From assembly GCA_963758635.1 (NCBI GenBank), contig CAVWWD010000008.1, forward strand, positions 512,001-576,000: a stretch of 64,000 nt of DNA. The letters run 5' to 3'. Below, piece after piece: positions 40,760 to 50,836 of the stretch (positions are counted from its first letter, which is position 1; each line of letters opens with the position of its first letter). This DNA comes from an uncultured Candidatus Rokubacteria bacterium (GTDB lineage: Bacteria; Methylomirabilota; Methylomirabilia; Rokubacteriales; CSP1-6). The notes beneath the pieces were generated by a model that made no database searches, had not been told where the DNA came from, and saw only the letters and a program-made list of their open reading frames with translations. The position numbers and the translations under genes are program-made.

Positions 40760-41221
40760 GTGATGGCCGGGGCGCCGCGGTTGGACTTTCTGACCCGGCT
40801 CGTGGTGGACGTCGGCGAGCTCGTCTCGATGGGAGCGGGCCCGCTCGGCGAGCGCCGGGTCGTGAGCATCCTGGGCGGCACGTTCGAAGGCCCGGCCATG
40901 CGCGGCGAGGTGCTTCCCGGCGCAGACTGGCAGATCGCACGCGCGGACGGCGTGCTCGACATCGACGCGCGCTACGCCCTGAAGGACACGGGCGGCGGCA
41001 TCGTCCGGGTGGTGAGCCAGGGTCTCCGGCACGGGCCGAGTGCGGTGCTCGAGGCGCTTGCGCGCGGTGAGGACGTGGAGCCGGGGCAGTACTTCTTTCG
41101 CACAATCATGCGCTTCGAGACGGGGGCTCCCCACCTGGATTGGCTGAACAGGACGATCGCGGTGGCGACCGCCCAGCGCAAGGCACGCCAGGTGCTGCTC
41201 GAGGCATATCGGCTCCTCTGA
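40760..41221 (+). CDS. DUF3237 family protein
   Basis: G..PLGERRVVSILGGTFEGP..RGEVLPGADWQ..RADG...IDARY.L...YFFRT..RFET...WLNR. Confidence 0.85.
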   Translation: MMAGAPRLDFLTRLVVDVGELVSMGAGPLGERRVVSILGGTFEGPAMRGEVLPGADWQIARADGVLDIDARYALKDTGGGIVRVVSQGLRHGPSAVLEALARGEDVEPGQYFFRTIMRFETGAPHLDWLNRTIAVATAQRKARQVLLEAYRLL

Positions 41222-41272
41222 GATGATGTTCGTTCGCGGTCCGAGAGGGTCGAGCGTCCATGTTCTGGCTCG

Positions 41273-41692
41273 GTGAGTCGCGTGGTCGGGCACGTGCTCT
41301 ACGCCGGCACCTACTCGCTCGCGGACGTGCCCGGCCGCCGAGGACCGTGCGTCGAGGTCGTCTTTCCACTTCCGAACGGCAACGCGATCGTGCTGATGAA
41401 GCCAGTGGCTCACGCGGACGGCTCGCTCACCGTGGTGTCCGCGGGCGCTCGCTTCGGTGACCCTGGCTTCTACTTCACGGTCGCCGTGCCCGGCCGGCCG
41501 GACCAGGTGTGGGCGCGGTACCTCGGGACGCTCAAGGAGAGCATCCACGTGTACCCGGACGGGGACGACCGAAGCGACGGTCGCGCCGCCGGGGTGCGCG
41601 CGGACCACGTGCTGACGGTCTGGGGCGCCACGTTCCTGCGTCTCCACTACCGCCTCCGGCCGCGGGCAGGCGCGGCTGCTCCCGCACGGTGA
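41273..41692 (+). pseudogene. Probable 3' fragment of a conserved hypothetical gene
   Basis: Protein-like YAGTYS...VVFPLPNGNA...FGDPGFYF...ESIHVY...FLRLHYRL but no credible start or RBS. Confidence 0.45.
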
Positions 41693-41722
41693 GGAGGCCG
41701 TGACGAGCCGCACGCGACGGAC

Positions 41723-42670
41723 ATGACGGGCTGGGGACCGGATCCGGTGGCGCTGCGCGGGCGCGTCGCGGTCGTCGCGGGCGCCAGCCGGGGGGCGGGC
41801 CGTGGCATCGCGGCCGCCCTTGGCGAGGCCGGCGCGACCGTCATCTGCACGGGGCGCAGCAGCCGCAGCGGCACGCTGCGCTCGGACTACGACCGCCCAG
41901 AGACGATCGAGGAGACGGCCGAGCTGGTCACGTCGCTCGGAGGCCGCGGCATCCCGGCCGCGGTGGACCACCTCGACCCCCGGCAGGTCCAGGGTCTGGC
42001 GGACCGGATCCGGGGCGAGCACGGCCACATCGACGTTCTGGTGAACGACATCTGGGGCGCGGAGCAGCTCAAGGGCGGGCCACCGGACTGGAATCGGCCC
42101 ATCTGGCAGGTGGACCTGGATAAGGGCCTCCGGATCCTCCGGCTCGCCATCGACACGCACCTGATCACATCGCACCACCTACTCCCGCTGCTGGTCGCCC
42201 GTCCCGGGGGCTTGCTCGTGGAGGTGACCGACGGCACCGCCGAGTACAATGCGTCGCGATACCGCATCTCGGTGTTCTACGACCTGGCCAAGGCGGCGGT
42301 GAACCGGCTGGCGTTCTCGCAGGGGCACGAGCTCGCGCCGTACGAGGCCACGGCGGTGGCGATCACGCCCGGGTGGCTCCGCTCCGAGATGATGCTGGAG
42401 AACTTCGGAGCGACGGAGCAGAACTGGCGCGCGGCGAGGACACCGCCGGGGTTCGCGGTGTCGGAGTCGCCGCGCTACGTGGGGCGGGCCGTCGCCGCGC
42501 TCGCCGCCGACCCGAGGCGGGCGCGCTGGAACCAGCGCTCCGTGACGTCGGCGGAGCTCGCGGCCGAGTACGGGTTCACGGACGTGGACGGCTCTCGTCC
42601 CGACGTGTGGCGATACAATCGCGCCGTCGAGCGGGGCGACGTGGACGTCAACCCGGACGACTACCGGTAG
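41723..42670 (+). CDS. Short-chain dehydrogenase/reductase
   Basis: VAGASRGAGRGIA, LVNDIWG, YDLAK, TPGWLRSE. Confidence 0.9.
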   Translation: MTGWGPDPVALRGRVAVVAGASRGAGRGIAAALGEAGATVICTGRSSRSGTLRSDYDRPETIEETAELVTSLGGRGIPAAVDHLDPRQVQGLADRIRGEHGHIDVLVNDIWGAEQLKGGPPDWNRPIWQVDLDKGLRILRLAIDTHLITSHHLLPLLVARPGGLLVEVTDGTAEYNASRYRISVFYDLAKAAVNRLAFSQGHELAPYEATAVAITPGWLRSEMMLENFGATEQNWRAARTPPGFAVSESPRYVGRAVAALAADPRRARWNQRSVTSAELAAEYGFTDVDGSRPDVWRYNRAVERGDVDVNPDDYR

Positions 42671-42713
42671 TGACGGAGCGAGTCCGGTCCGACGGTGGCT
42701 GGGCCGTCGGCTG

Positions 42714-43445
42714 GTGCCCGTGCATCCCGTCCCCATGACCACGGTGTTCCGCCACTGCTTCCTCGCCAACTTCGCCATGAGGCCGGAGGCGCTCGCGGCG
42801 CGTCTGCCCGGCCACCTCCGTCCCGACGTGCACGACGGCTGGTCGTTCCTCTCCGTGGTGATCGCGGAGATGGAGCGGATGCGGCCGGCATTCCTTCCCG
42901 CCGCGCTCGGCACCACCTACTCGCAGGTGGTCTACCGCGCCGTGGTGACGTGCGGGCGGGAGCGCGGCGTGCACTTCCTCCGCAGCGACGCCGACAACTC
43001 GATGATGGTGTTCGCCGGCAACGCGCTGACGTTCTTCCGCTTCCACCGGGCGGACGTGACCTGGGCCTTCGGGGACGCAACGGTCCGGTTCACGCTGCGC
43101 CCGCGAAACGGCGACGCGGCGGGGATCGACGCGGAGTACGACCTGGCCGGCGCGGGGACGACGATGCCCGCCGGCTCGCGGTTCGCATCGCTCCCGCGGG
43201 CCCAGGCGTTCCTGACCGAGCTCTACGCGGCCTTCGGCGGGCGCCGGGCCGATGGATCGATCGATGCCGTCCGGATCCGCCGCAACGTGTGGCAGAGCAC
43301 GGTCGTCGCCGATCGGACCGCCTCGTACGAGGCGATGCGCTCGGGCGTGCTCTTCGGCCCCGGGGAGGCCGAGCTGGACTCGTGTTTCTACGTGGAGCAC
43401 ATGAACTACCATTGGTCGCGCGGGAAGACGGTTGCGGCCGGCTGA
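42714..43445 (+). CDS. DUF2071/YqjF family protein
   Basis: FRHCFLANFAM.PE.L...LP..L.PD...GVHFL.SDA, FLTELY. Confidence 0.7.
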   Translation: MPVHPVPMTTVFRHCFLANFAMRPEALAARLPGHLRPDVHDGWSFLSVVIAEMERMRPAFLPAALGTTYSQVVYRAVVTCGRERGVHFLRSDADNSMMVFAGNALTFFRFHRADVTWAFGDATVRFTLRPRNGDAAGIDAEYDLAGAGTTMPAGSRFASLPRAQAFLTELYAAFGGRRADGSIDAVRIRRNVWQSTVVADRTASYEAMRSGVLFGPGEAELDSCFYVEHMNYHWSRGKTVAAG

Positions 43446-43491
43446 GGCCCGTGGCGCGGACGCCGGAGCCGGAGGAGGCGAGGCACACGAC

Positions 43492-43887
43492 ATGACGCAG
43501 TCCTCGGCGGGAACGCTGTGCGGGGCGGCCACGGTGCTCGTCGTTCGTGACGTGCTCCTGAGCGTGGCGCACTATCGTGACGTGCTCGGGTTTCGTGTCG
43601 AGTTCACCTACGGCGAGCCGACCTTCTACGCCGGCGTCGAGCGGGACGCCGTGGTCATTCACCTCCAGGCGGCGAGCGAGACCGCGCGGCAGCCGGGCCA
43701 CGGCGCCGTCAACATCTTCGTCACGGACGTGGACGGGCTCTACCAGGAGCTGAAGGCGCGCGGCGCACGGACGCTGAACGAGCCCAAGGACTACCCGTAC
43801 GGCATGCGCGACTTCGACGTGCACGACCTCGATGGCAACCACCTCTGCTTCGGGATGGAGTCGAAGTCCGCGCAGGGCCCGAAGTGA
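43492..43887 (+). CDS. VOC/bleomycin-resistance family protein
   Basis: VLVVRDV..SVAHYRDVLGF, DVDGLYQEL, PYGMRDFDVHDLDGNHLCF. Confidence 0.85.
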   Translation: MTQSSAGTLCGAATVLVVRDVLLSVAHYRDVLGFRVEFTYGEPTFYAGVERDAVVIHLQAASETARQPGHGAVNIFVTDVDGLYQELKARGARTLNEPKDYPYGMRDFDVHDLDGNHLCFGMESKSAQGPK

Positions 43888-43891
43888 CTCC

Positions 43892-44429
43892 ATGCGCATC
43901 GACCTGAAGCCGGTCGCGAGCCTGGACGACGACGAGCGCGCGCGGCTCAAGGCGCTCACCGCCGCGGTCTACCCGCCGGAGGTGGTGGCGACGAGCCCGG
44001 GCCGGCACCTCACGTGGGCGCCTCCCGACGTACAGCGTCCTCGTGTTCGACGCGACGGGAGAGCTCGTGTCGCACGTGGGCATCGTCGTCCGGGCGGGCA
44101 GCCTGGACGGCGCCGCCGCGAAGATCGGCGGCATCGGGAGCGTGAAGACGCATCCTCGGGCCCAGGGCCGCGGCTACGCCTCGGCCGGCATGCGGCGCGC
44201 CGCGGCCGCGCTGCACGAGGACCACCGCGTGGACTTCTCGCTGCTGGTCTGCCAGGAGCACCTGCTCCCGTTCTACCAGCGCCTGGGCTGGGTGCCGTAC
44301 GCGGGCGCGCTCGTGGTGGAGCAGCCCGGCGGGCCCGTGGTGTTCACGGTCAACCGGCCCATGGTGCTGGCCGGGCGCGCTCCCGCTCCGGACGGCGGCA
44401 GCGTCGACCTTCAGGGGCTGCCCTGGTAG
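43892..44429 (+). CDS. GNAT acetyltransferase (AAC(2')/Eis-like), frameshift near 44030
   Basis: LVSHVGIV...IGGIGSVKTHPRAQGRGYA...FYQRLGW...VDLQGLPW. Confidence 0.75.
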
Positions 44430-44458
44430 CCGGCGCCACGCACGTGTCGGGCAACCGC

Positions 44459-45070
44459 ATGGTCAGGGCGGTGGTGTTCGACATGGACGGCGTGCTGTGC
44501 CGGTATCGGCGCGAGCTCCGGCTGGAGCGCCTCGCCGCCTGGAGCGGGCGCAGCGCGGAGGCCATCCATGCCGCCATCTGGCGCTCCGGGTTCGAGGACG
44601 AGGGCGAGCGCGGCCGGCTCTCCGCGGACGAGTACCTGAAGGGCTTCGGCGAGCGCATGGGCTATCCGATCAGCGCGGAGCAGTGGATCGAGGCGCGCCG
44701 GATCGCGATCGAGCCCGACGAGGCGGTTCTCGCGCTCGCTCGAGCGCTCGGCCGCGCGATGCCGGTCGGCATGCTCACCAACAACCCGCTGCTGCTCAAG
44801 CGACACTTCGCCGAGGTCTTCCCCGCCGCCGCCGCGGTCTTCGGGAGCCGCGCGGTCTTCTCCTCGGAGCTCGGCTGGGTCAAGCCGGAGGCGGAGGCGT
44901 TCCATCGCCTCGCCGCGCGCCTGTCGGTGGCGCCGGAGGAGATGCTCTACTTCGACGACGACGAGAGCTACGTGGCGGGCGCCCGCGCGGCCGGCCTTCG
45001 GGCCGAGCACGTCGGGGGAGCAGCCGGCGTGCGGGCCGGCCTCGCCCGACACGGTGTCGAGTGCCCGTAG
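44459..45070 (+). CDS. HAD phosphatase (YihX-like)
   Basis: VVFDMDGVL, LTNN, KPE, FDD...GARAAG. Confidence 0.85.
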   Translation: MVRAVVFDMDGVLCRYRRELRLERLAAWSGRSAEAIHAAIWRSGFEDEGERGRLSADEYLKGFGERMGYPISAEQWIEARRIAIEPDEAVLALARALGRAMPVGMLTNNPLLLKRHFAEVFPAAAAVFGSRAVFSSELGWVKPEAEAFHRLAARLSVAPEEMLYFDDDESYVAGARAAGLRAEHVGGAAGVRAGLARHGVECP

Positions 45071-45090
45071 CGCGGCCTGCCTGGCGTTCC

Positions 45091-45909
45091 GTGGCTGAGA
45101 CGCCCAAGCCCCGACACCTGGCCGCCGAGTATGGCGCGCAGTTCCGCGACGAGGAGGTCGCGGCCGCGTACGTGCATCGGCCACCGTATCCGCCGGAGGT
45201 GTTCGTGATCCTGGAGTCGCTGCTCGGACCCCGACCACGCACGGTGCTCGAGCTCGGCGCGGGCACGGGGGACCTCACCGTCGGCCTGGCGCCACTCGTC
45301 GACACCCTGATCGCCCTCGAGCCGTCCAAGCCGATGCTCGAGCGTGGTCGCCGGCGCGTCGGTGCAGGGAGCGGTCACGTCGAGTGGCTGAACGTCGCCG
45401 CGGAGGACCATGACTTCGCGGGACCGCATGCCGCGGTGATCGCGGCCGAGTCGTTTCACTGGCTCGACTGGTACCGGGTCATGCCGCGCATCGCGACGAG
45501 CCTGGGTCCGTCCGGGCATCTGGTGCTGGTGGAGCGCGTCCTGGCCGAGGCGCCCCCTTGGGACGAGGAGCTGCGCAGCCTGATCCGGACCTACACCACC
45601 AACCGGGACTACGTGCCGTACGACCTGGTGACCGAGCTCGTGACGCGCGGGCTGCTCGTGGTGGCGGGGACGGCGTTCACGGAGACGGTCGAGCATCGGC
45701 AAACCGTCGAAGGCTACGTCGAGTCGTTCCACTCCCGCAACGGCTTCTCGCGCGCCCGGCTGCCCGCCGAGCACGCCCGACAGTTCGACGATGGGCTGAA
45801 GGGCCTTGTCCGTCGTTTCTGCCGCGACGATACTGTGCGCCTGAGGCTGCGGGCCCGCGTCTGCTGGGGGCGGCCGGGCACCCCGTCCTCCCGGGGAGGT
45901 CACCCATGA
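45091..45909 (+). CDS. Class I SAM-dependent methyltransferase
   Basis: RPPYP, VLELGAGTG, ALEPS..ML, AESFHWLD. Confidence 0.85.
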   Translation: MAETPKPRHLAAEYGAQFRDEEVAAAYVHRPPYPPEVFVILESLLGPRPRTVLELGAGTGDLTVGLAPLVDTLIALEPSKPMLERGRRRVGAGSGHVEWLNVAAEDHDFAGPHAAVIAAESFHWLDWYRVMPRIATSLGPSGHLVLVERVLAEAPPWDEELRSLIRTYTTNRDYVPYDLVTELVTRGLLVVAGTAFTETVEHRQTVEGYVESFHSRNGFSRARLPAEHARQFDDGLKGLVRRFCRDDTVRLRLRARVCWGRPGTPSSRGGHP

Positions 45910-46709
45910 TCATCGGTCTCGCGTCTCCTCGCATCGCCACGTCCCTGGACGACGGGCTGGAGCGGATCCGGCGCCTTCTCGCCGACGCATCGTCCCAGGG
46001 CGCGGAGATCGTCTGCTTCCCCGAGGCGTACCTGCCGGGCCTCCGCGGACAGGACTTCGAGGTGCTGCCCTGGGACCGAGCCGACGAGGAGCGGGCGCTG
46101 CAGGCCGTGGCGGACCTGGCGCGGACGTATCGCGTGGCCACGATCCTCGGCATCGAGCGCGTCACGGATGCCGGCCGGCAGATCGCCGCCGTCGTCATCG
46201 ACGCGCAGGGCCGGACCCTGGGATGCCAGACCAAGAACCAGCTCGACCCGAGCGAGGACCCCTTCTACGTGCCGGGGAGCGGCCGCCAGGTCTTCGAGGT
46301 CAACGGCGTGAAGTTCGGCGTGGCGATCTGCCACGAGGGATGGCGGTATCCCGAGACGGTGCGATGGGCGGCGGTGCGGGGCGCCAAGATCGTCTTCCAC
46401 CCGCAGCTCACCGGAAGCGATCGCGCGGGCGTCCGGCTGACGCAGTGGGGCGCCGCGGACGCGCCCTACTACGAGAAGGCCATGATGATGCGCAGCATCG
46501 AGAACGCGATCTACTTCGCCAGCGCCAACTACGGCGTGCGCTACCAGGAGGCGGCGACGAGCCTGATCCATCCATCGGGCCGGCTGCAGGCGCACTTGCC
46601 GTACGGGCAGGAGGGCGTCCTCGTGCAGACGCTCGAGCTCGAGGAGGCGACCGGCATCCTGGCCCGGCGCTACGCGCCCGACCGCTACAAGGACATCGCC
46701 GCAGGATAG
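45906..46709 (+). CDS. Carbon-nitrogen hydrolase (nitrilase superfamily)
   Basis: IVCFPEAY (Glu), QTKNQL (Lys), GVAICHEG (Cys). Confidence 0.85.
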   Translation: MIIGLASPRIATSLDDGLERIRRLLADASSQGAEIVCFPEAYLPGLRGQDFEVLPWDRADEERALQAVADLARTYRVATILGIERVTDAGRQIAAVVIDAQGRTLGCQTKNQLDPSEDPFYVPGSGRQVFEVNGVKFGVAICHEGWRYPETVRWAAVRGAKIVFHPQLTGSDRAGVRLTQWGAADAPYYEKAMMMRSIENAIYFASANYGVRYQEAATSLIHPSGRLQAHLPYGQEGVLVQTLELEEATGILARRYAPDRYKDIAAG

Positions 46710-46725
46710 ACGCCTCGGGCAACGG

Positions 46726-47263
46726 GTGACCGCCGTGGCGACGGAGACGGAGCGCCTGATCCTGCGGCCGTGGCAGGAGTCCGACGGCGAAGAGCTCCAG
46801 CGGCTGTTCAGCGATCCGGCGGTCAGGGGCGGACGGAACATCTTCCCGGACCGTATCGTCCGGATGGCCGAGCACAGCCTCCGCCAGTGGGACCGGAACG
46901 GGTACGGCCCGTGGGCGGCCATCGACAGGGCCACCGGAGCCTGGATCGGCCGGGTCGGGTCTCGACGAGCTCCAGGACTGGCCGGGCCAGGACAGGATCG
47001 AGGTGGGCTTCGAAATCGGCCACGCGTGGTGGGGCCGGGGACTCGCCACCGAGGCGACGCTGGCCGCTCTCGCCTTCGGCTTCGGGCGGCACGGTCTGCA
47101 GCGCATCATCAGCGTGACGGCGGCCTCGCACGCGGCCGCTCGCCGCGTCATGGAGAAGGCGGGGCTCACCTACGAGGGCACGCGCCACTGGATGAGTCCG
47201 GATGTCCCCGTGGTCTGGTACGCGATCGGCCGTGCGGCATGGCTGGCGAGAAGCACGGCCTGA
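46726..47263 (+). CDS. RimJ/RimL-type GNAT acetyltransferase, frameshift near 46960
   Basis: TERLILRPW...GYGPWA..IGRVG / EVGFEI...WWGRGLATEA...RVMEKAG. Confidence 0.8.
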
Positions 47264-47364
47264 CGCGGGTCTGCGCGGGATGCGTGCTGGAGGAGCCAAC
47301 CTCGATGGTCGCGGAGCGCCTTTCCCCGCCGGGCCTCCCGCGGGACAATGGCGGGAAGGCTGCC

Positions 47365-47517
47365 GTGATCCGCAAGCTTCCGTCCGGAGCGTACCGCCTG
47401 TACTCGCGCAAGAAGGATCCGAAGTCCGGCCGGCGTCGCAATCTCGGGACGTTCAAGACGCGGGCGGCGGCCGAGCAGCACGAGCGCGCCGTGCAGTACT
47501 TCAAGCGCCGAGGGTAG
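47365..47517 (+). CDS. Small basic protein (50 aa) of unknown function
   Basis: VIRKLPSGAYRLYSRKKDPKSGRRRNLGTFKTRAAAEQHERAVQYFKRRG; native codon usage; fills the gap between two genes. Confidence 0.65.
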   Translation: MIRKLPSGAYRLYSRKKDPKSGRRRNLGTFKTRAAAEQHERAVQYFKRRG

Positions 47518-47542
47518 CGCACACCGCACAGGAGGGCAGGCC

Positions 47543-47842
47543 ATGATCATGCGGATCACGTGGGGGAAGCTCCGGGCCGGATCCTGGAACGACTTCGAGC
47601 GCACGTACAACACCACGGTCGCCGCGCGGGGCGGACGCGTCCAGGGGCTGCGCGGGCGCTGGCTCCTCCAGGACACCGACGACAAGGACACGGGCTTCGC
47701 GGTGAGCCTCTGGGAGAACGCCGCCGACATGCAAGCGTACGAGCAGAGCGACCTCTACCGTCAGGACTTCGCGCCGGCGCTCCAGCCCTTCTTCGTCGGG
47801 GAGTACAAGACCTACCGGTGCGAGGTGAAGTACCAGCAGTAG
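47543..47842 (+). CDS. Antibiotic biosynthesis monooxygenase (ABM/Dabb) family protein
   Basis: 99-aa ferredoxin-like pattern GLRGRWLL...AVSLWEN..DMQAYEQS; RBS AGGAGG. Confidence 0.75.
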   Translation: MIMRITWGKLRAGSWNDFERTYNTTVAARGGRVQGLRGRWLLQDTDDKDTGFAVSLWENAADMQAYEQSDLYRQDFAPALQPFFVGEYKTYRCEVKYQQ

Positions 47843-47924
47843 CGGCGCGCCGGATGGTCCGCCACGTCCGGACGCGGGGCGGGGGCCTGGTCGGACTCAT
47901 CGAGATCGGGGCGGCCTTTCCGCG

Positions 47925-48050
47925 GTGAGCGTGCAGGCCCAGGAACGCTGGGACATCCGGTGCGAATGGGGGGCGCTCGGCCTCGCCGCCCTCGCGCCCG
48001 CGTCCGACGTGGTGGTGATCGTGGACGTGCTCTCGTTCTCCACGTGTGTC
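47925..48050 (+). pseudogene. 5' fragment of a 2-phosphosulfolactate phosphatase (ComB-like) gene
   Basis: QERWDIRCEWGALGLAALAPASDVVVIVDVLSFSTCV, then homology lost. Confidence 0.6.
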
Positions 48051-48129
48051 ATTCATGGCGGCCATCAGACGACGTGCTCGTCGCGCTCGAGGTTGTGGAG
48101 AGCGAGGCCGGGCATAGGAAGGAGCCGTC

Positions 48130-48666
48130 GTGACGGACGAGGTTCGCGTGCGAGAGGCCCAGCCACGCGACGAGGCGGCGATCCGCGCGGTGACGCTGGC
48201 CGCCTACGAGCAGTACGCGGCCCACATGCCCGCGCACTGGGAGGGCTACCGCCGGAACATCCTGGACACGCTGGCCGCGCCGGGGCCGGCCCAGCGGCTG
48301 GTCGCCGAGCACGCGGGCGCGATCGTCGGCTCCGTCATCCTCTATCCGCCGGGCACCGTGGCGATCACGGCGGGTGCCCGGCCGATCGGCGGGGAGTGGC
48401 CGGAGGTGCGGCTTCTCGCCGTTGATCCCGCGGCGCGTGGCCACGGGATCGGCCTCCGCCTCATGCAGGCCTGCGTGGACAGGGCGCGCGCCGCCGGAGC
48501 CGCCGCGCTCGCGCTCCACACCACGGACATGATGGCCTCGGCCATGCGCCTCTACGAGCGCATGGGCTTCGAGCGGGCGCCCGAGCTGGACTTCCAGCCC
48601 GCGCCCGGCATCATCGTGAAGGGGTTCCTCCTCGCCCTCGACCGGCCGCCGAGGCAGACGCTATGA
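48130..48666 (+). CDS. GNAT acetyltransferase
   Basis: VRLLAVDPAARGHGIG...ALHTT..M.SAMRLYERMGF. Confidence 0.9.
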   Translation: MTDEVRVREAQPRDEAAIRAVTLAAYEQYAAHMPAHWEGYRRNILDTLAAPGPAQRLVAEHAGAIVGSVILYPPGTVAITAGARPIGGEWPEVRLLAVDPAARGHGIGLRLMQACVDRARAAGAAALALHTTDMMASAMRLYERMGFERAPELDFQPAPGIIVKGFLLALDRPPRQTL

Positions 48667-48712
48667 TGGCCGCTCAGCCGGTCACCCTCAACCCCGAGGA
48701 GGCTCTCCTGCC

Positions 48713-49474
48713 ATGTCCTCCGTTCCGCTCGTCACCTGCGCGCCGGGCCAGTACCGCTTCCTGCCCGGGATCGACGCCTTCTCGTCGGGCGTGGTCGCGA
48801 TGCCCGGTCACGAGATCGTGCACGCGACGCTCCAGTCGCCGATTCCCTACCGCGACGGCTTCGCTCTCATCGAGCGTCACCTGGCCGGGCTCGGCCGCCC
48901 GCGCGCCGCGCTCTGCGCCATCGAGCTCCGGAGCCCGCGCCCCTTCTCGTTCGGGGGCTTCGACGAGTTCAACCGCGGCTATCACGAAATTCTGAAGACG
49001 TGGGGCCTGCTCGTCGACGGGGTGAACCCGATCGCGCGCACGAACGTGGCCCCCGTCGTGGGCGCGCCCGCCGAGCCGTCGCTGTACGGGTTCTCGTACA
49101 CGGTGGCGGGGCAGGAGCAGGGGGCGCCAACGTTCGTGGTGGCCGGATCGGGTGACGTGCGCGGCCGCACGGCCGGCGACATCGTCCGGCGAGGGGAGAC
49201 GTCGCCCGAGGCGCTCGCCGAGAAGGCCGCCTACGTGCTCGAGACGCAGGCGGGCCGCCTCGCCGGGCTCGGCGCGACGTGGCCCGACGTGACCGCGGTG
49301 GACATCTACACGCCGCATCCGATCCACGCCCTGCTCGGCCCGGCAATCCTGCCGCGCATGGGCGCGGCCGCCGTGCACGGGACCCACTGGTTCCTGAGCC
49401 GGCCGCCCATCGAGGGTCTCGAGTTCGAGATGGACATGCGCGGCGTCCGGCGGGAGATCCGGATCGGCCGGTGA
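48713..49474 (+). CDS. CnbZ-like (2-amino-5-chloromuconate deaminase-like, YjgF fold) protein
   Basis: YRFLPGI..FSSGV, LCAIELRSP.PF, NPIARTNVAP, FVVAGSG, RPPI.GLEFEMD.RGV. Confidence 0.7.
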   Translation: MSSVPLVTCAPGQYRFLPGIDAFSSGVVAMPGHEIVHATLQSPIPYRDGFALIERHLAGLGRPRAALCAIELRSPRPFSFGGFDEFNRGYHEILKTWGLLVDGVNPIARTNVAPVVGAPAEPSLYGFSYTVAGQEQGAPTFVVAGSGDVRGRTAGDIVRRGETSPEALAEKAAYVLETQAGRLAGLGATWPDVTAVDIYTPHPIHALLGPAILPRMGAAAVHGTHWFLSRPPIEGLEFEMDMRGVRREIRIGR

Positions 49475-50709
49475 CGGGTCCGGGGCCGGCCTCCGCCAGG
49501 GAGCGGGAGGCGGTCCGGACACGCTGGCTCGTCGTCGCCGCGCTGTTCGTCGTCACCGCCTGCGTCTCCACCTCGGTCTCGGCCTTCGGCGTGTTCCTGC
49601 CCGTGCTCGCCGACACGTTCGGGTGGAGCCGCGGCGCCGTGTCGATGGCCCTGTCGATCAACCTGTTCTTCGGCGGCGTCACCGCGTTCGGCGTCGCGAG
49701 CGTGGCCGATCGTCACGGCCCGAGGGGCGTCCTCGTCGGCACGGCGCTGATCGGCGCCGCCGGCTTCCTCCTCACCTCGCGCGTGCAGGAGCTCTGGCAG
49801 TTCTACCTGTGCTACGGCGTGCTCGTCGGTACCGGCATGTCGTCGATCTACGTGCTCTCGACGGCCACGGTGTCGCGCTGGTTCACCGACCGGCGAGGCC
49901 TCGCCCTCGCCGTGGTGCTGAGCGGCTTCAACCTCGGCTGGCTCATGGGCGGACCGTTCGCCGCGATGCTCATCGAGCGCTGGGGCTGGCGCGCGGCCTA
50001 CGTCGTGCTGGGCCTCTGCGTGGGCGGCATCGCCGGCCCGACGAGCCTGCTCGTCCGCTATCCAGAGCGCCACGGCGGCGCGGGCGCGGCAGGCGGGCGG
50101 GACCGGAGCGCCGTCCGGCACGCGTTCCGCGCCGCGATGACCGACCGCCGGCTGTGGCAGCTCGTGGGCGCGTGGTTCTGCCTCGGGCTCGTGTACATGA
50201 CGGTCACCGTCCACAGCGTGCCGTTCGCCCGCGACCTGGGGCTCCCGCTCGACCGCGCGTCGCTGCTGCTCACCGGCTACGGCGTGGGCGCGACGGTGGG
50301 CCGGCTCGTCTCCGGCGCCGTCGCCGACCGGTTCGGCGCGCTGGCCACGATGCACGGCTGCGTGTTCATCCAGGCCACCGCGCTCGTCGTGCTGCTCATC
50401 GGCCCGCCGCCGTGGGCGCTGACCGCGGTCCTGGTGGCGTTCGGGCTGGGCGCGTCGGGGGCCGACAACGCGTTCGTGAAGGTGGTGCCCGAGGTGTTCG
50501 GCCTCCTCGCCCTCGCCAGCGTGATGGGGGTGCTCGGCCTTGGCTGGCGCACCGGCGGGGCGTCCGGGCCGGCGGCGGCCGGCTTCCTCTACGACGCCAC
50601 CGGTTCGTACACGATCGCGTTCACCGGCGTGCTGGTCGTGCTCGGCGTGGCCGGAGTCCTGTTCTCCCTCGGCAGTCGCCCGACCGCGGACGCCTCCGTT
50701 CGCGGCTGA
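49471..50709 (+). CDS. MFS transporter (OFA-like)
   Basis: About 12 hydrophobic segments; ADRHGPR and ADRFG motif A, VSRWF..RRGLA. Confidence 0.9.
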   Translation: MTGPGPASAREREAVRTRWLVVAALFVVTACVSTSVSAFGVFLPVLADTFGWSRGAVSMALSINLFFGGVTAFGVASVADRHGPRGVLVGTALIGAAGFLLTSRVQELWQFYLCYGVLVGTGMSSIYVLSTATVSRWFTDRRGLALAVVLSGFNLGWLMGGPFAAMLIERWGWRAAYVVLGLCVGGIAGPTSLLVRYPERHGGAGAAGGRDRSAVRHAFRAAMTDRRLWQLVGAWFCLGLVYMTVTVHSVPFARDLGLPLDRASLLLTGYGVGATVGRLVSGAVADRFGALATMHGCVFIQATALVVLLIGPPPWALTAVLVAFGLGASGADNAFVKVVPEVFGLLALASVMGVLGLGWRTGGASGPAAAGFLYDATGSYTIAFTGVLVVLGVAGVLFSLGSRPTADASVRG

Positions 50710-50836
50710 GGTCCCCGGGGCCCTCACGCGCCCCCAACGTGAAGAATTCCCGTTGCTCGGCCCGTCCCTTCGGCTATGCTGCCCCAAGCTGTGGGGGTCT
50801 CACCCTCCTGGCTACACTTCATCTTGGAGGTGACCT

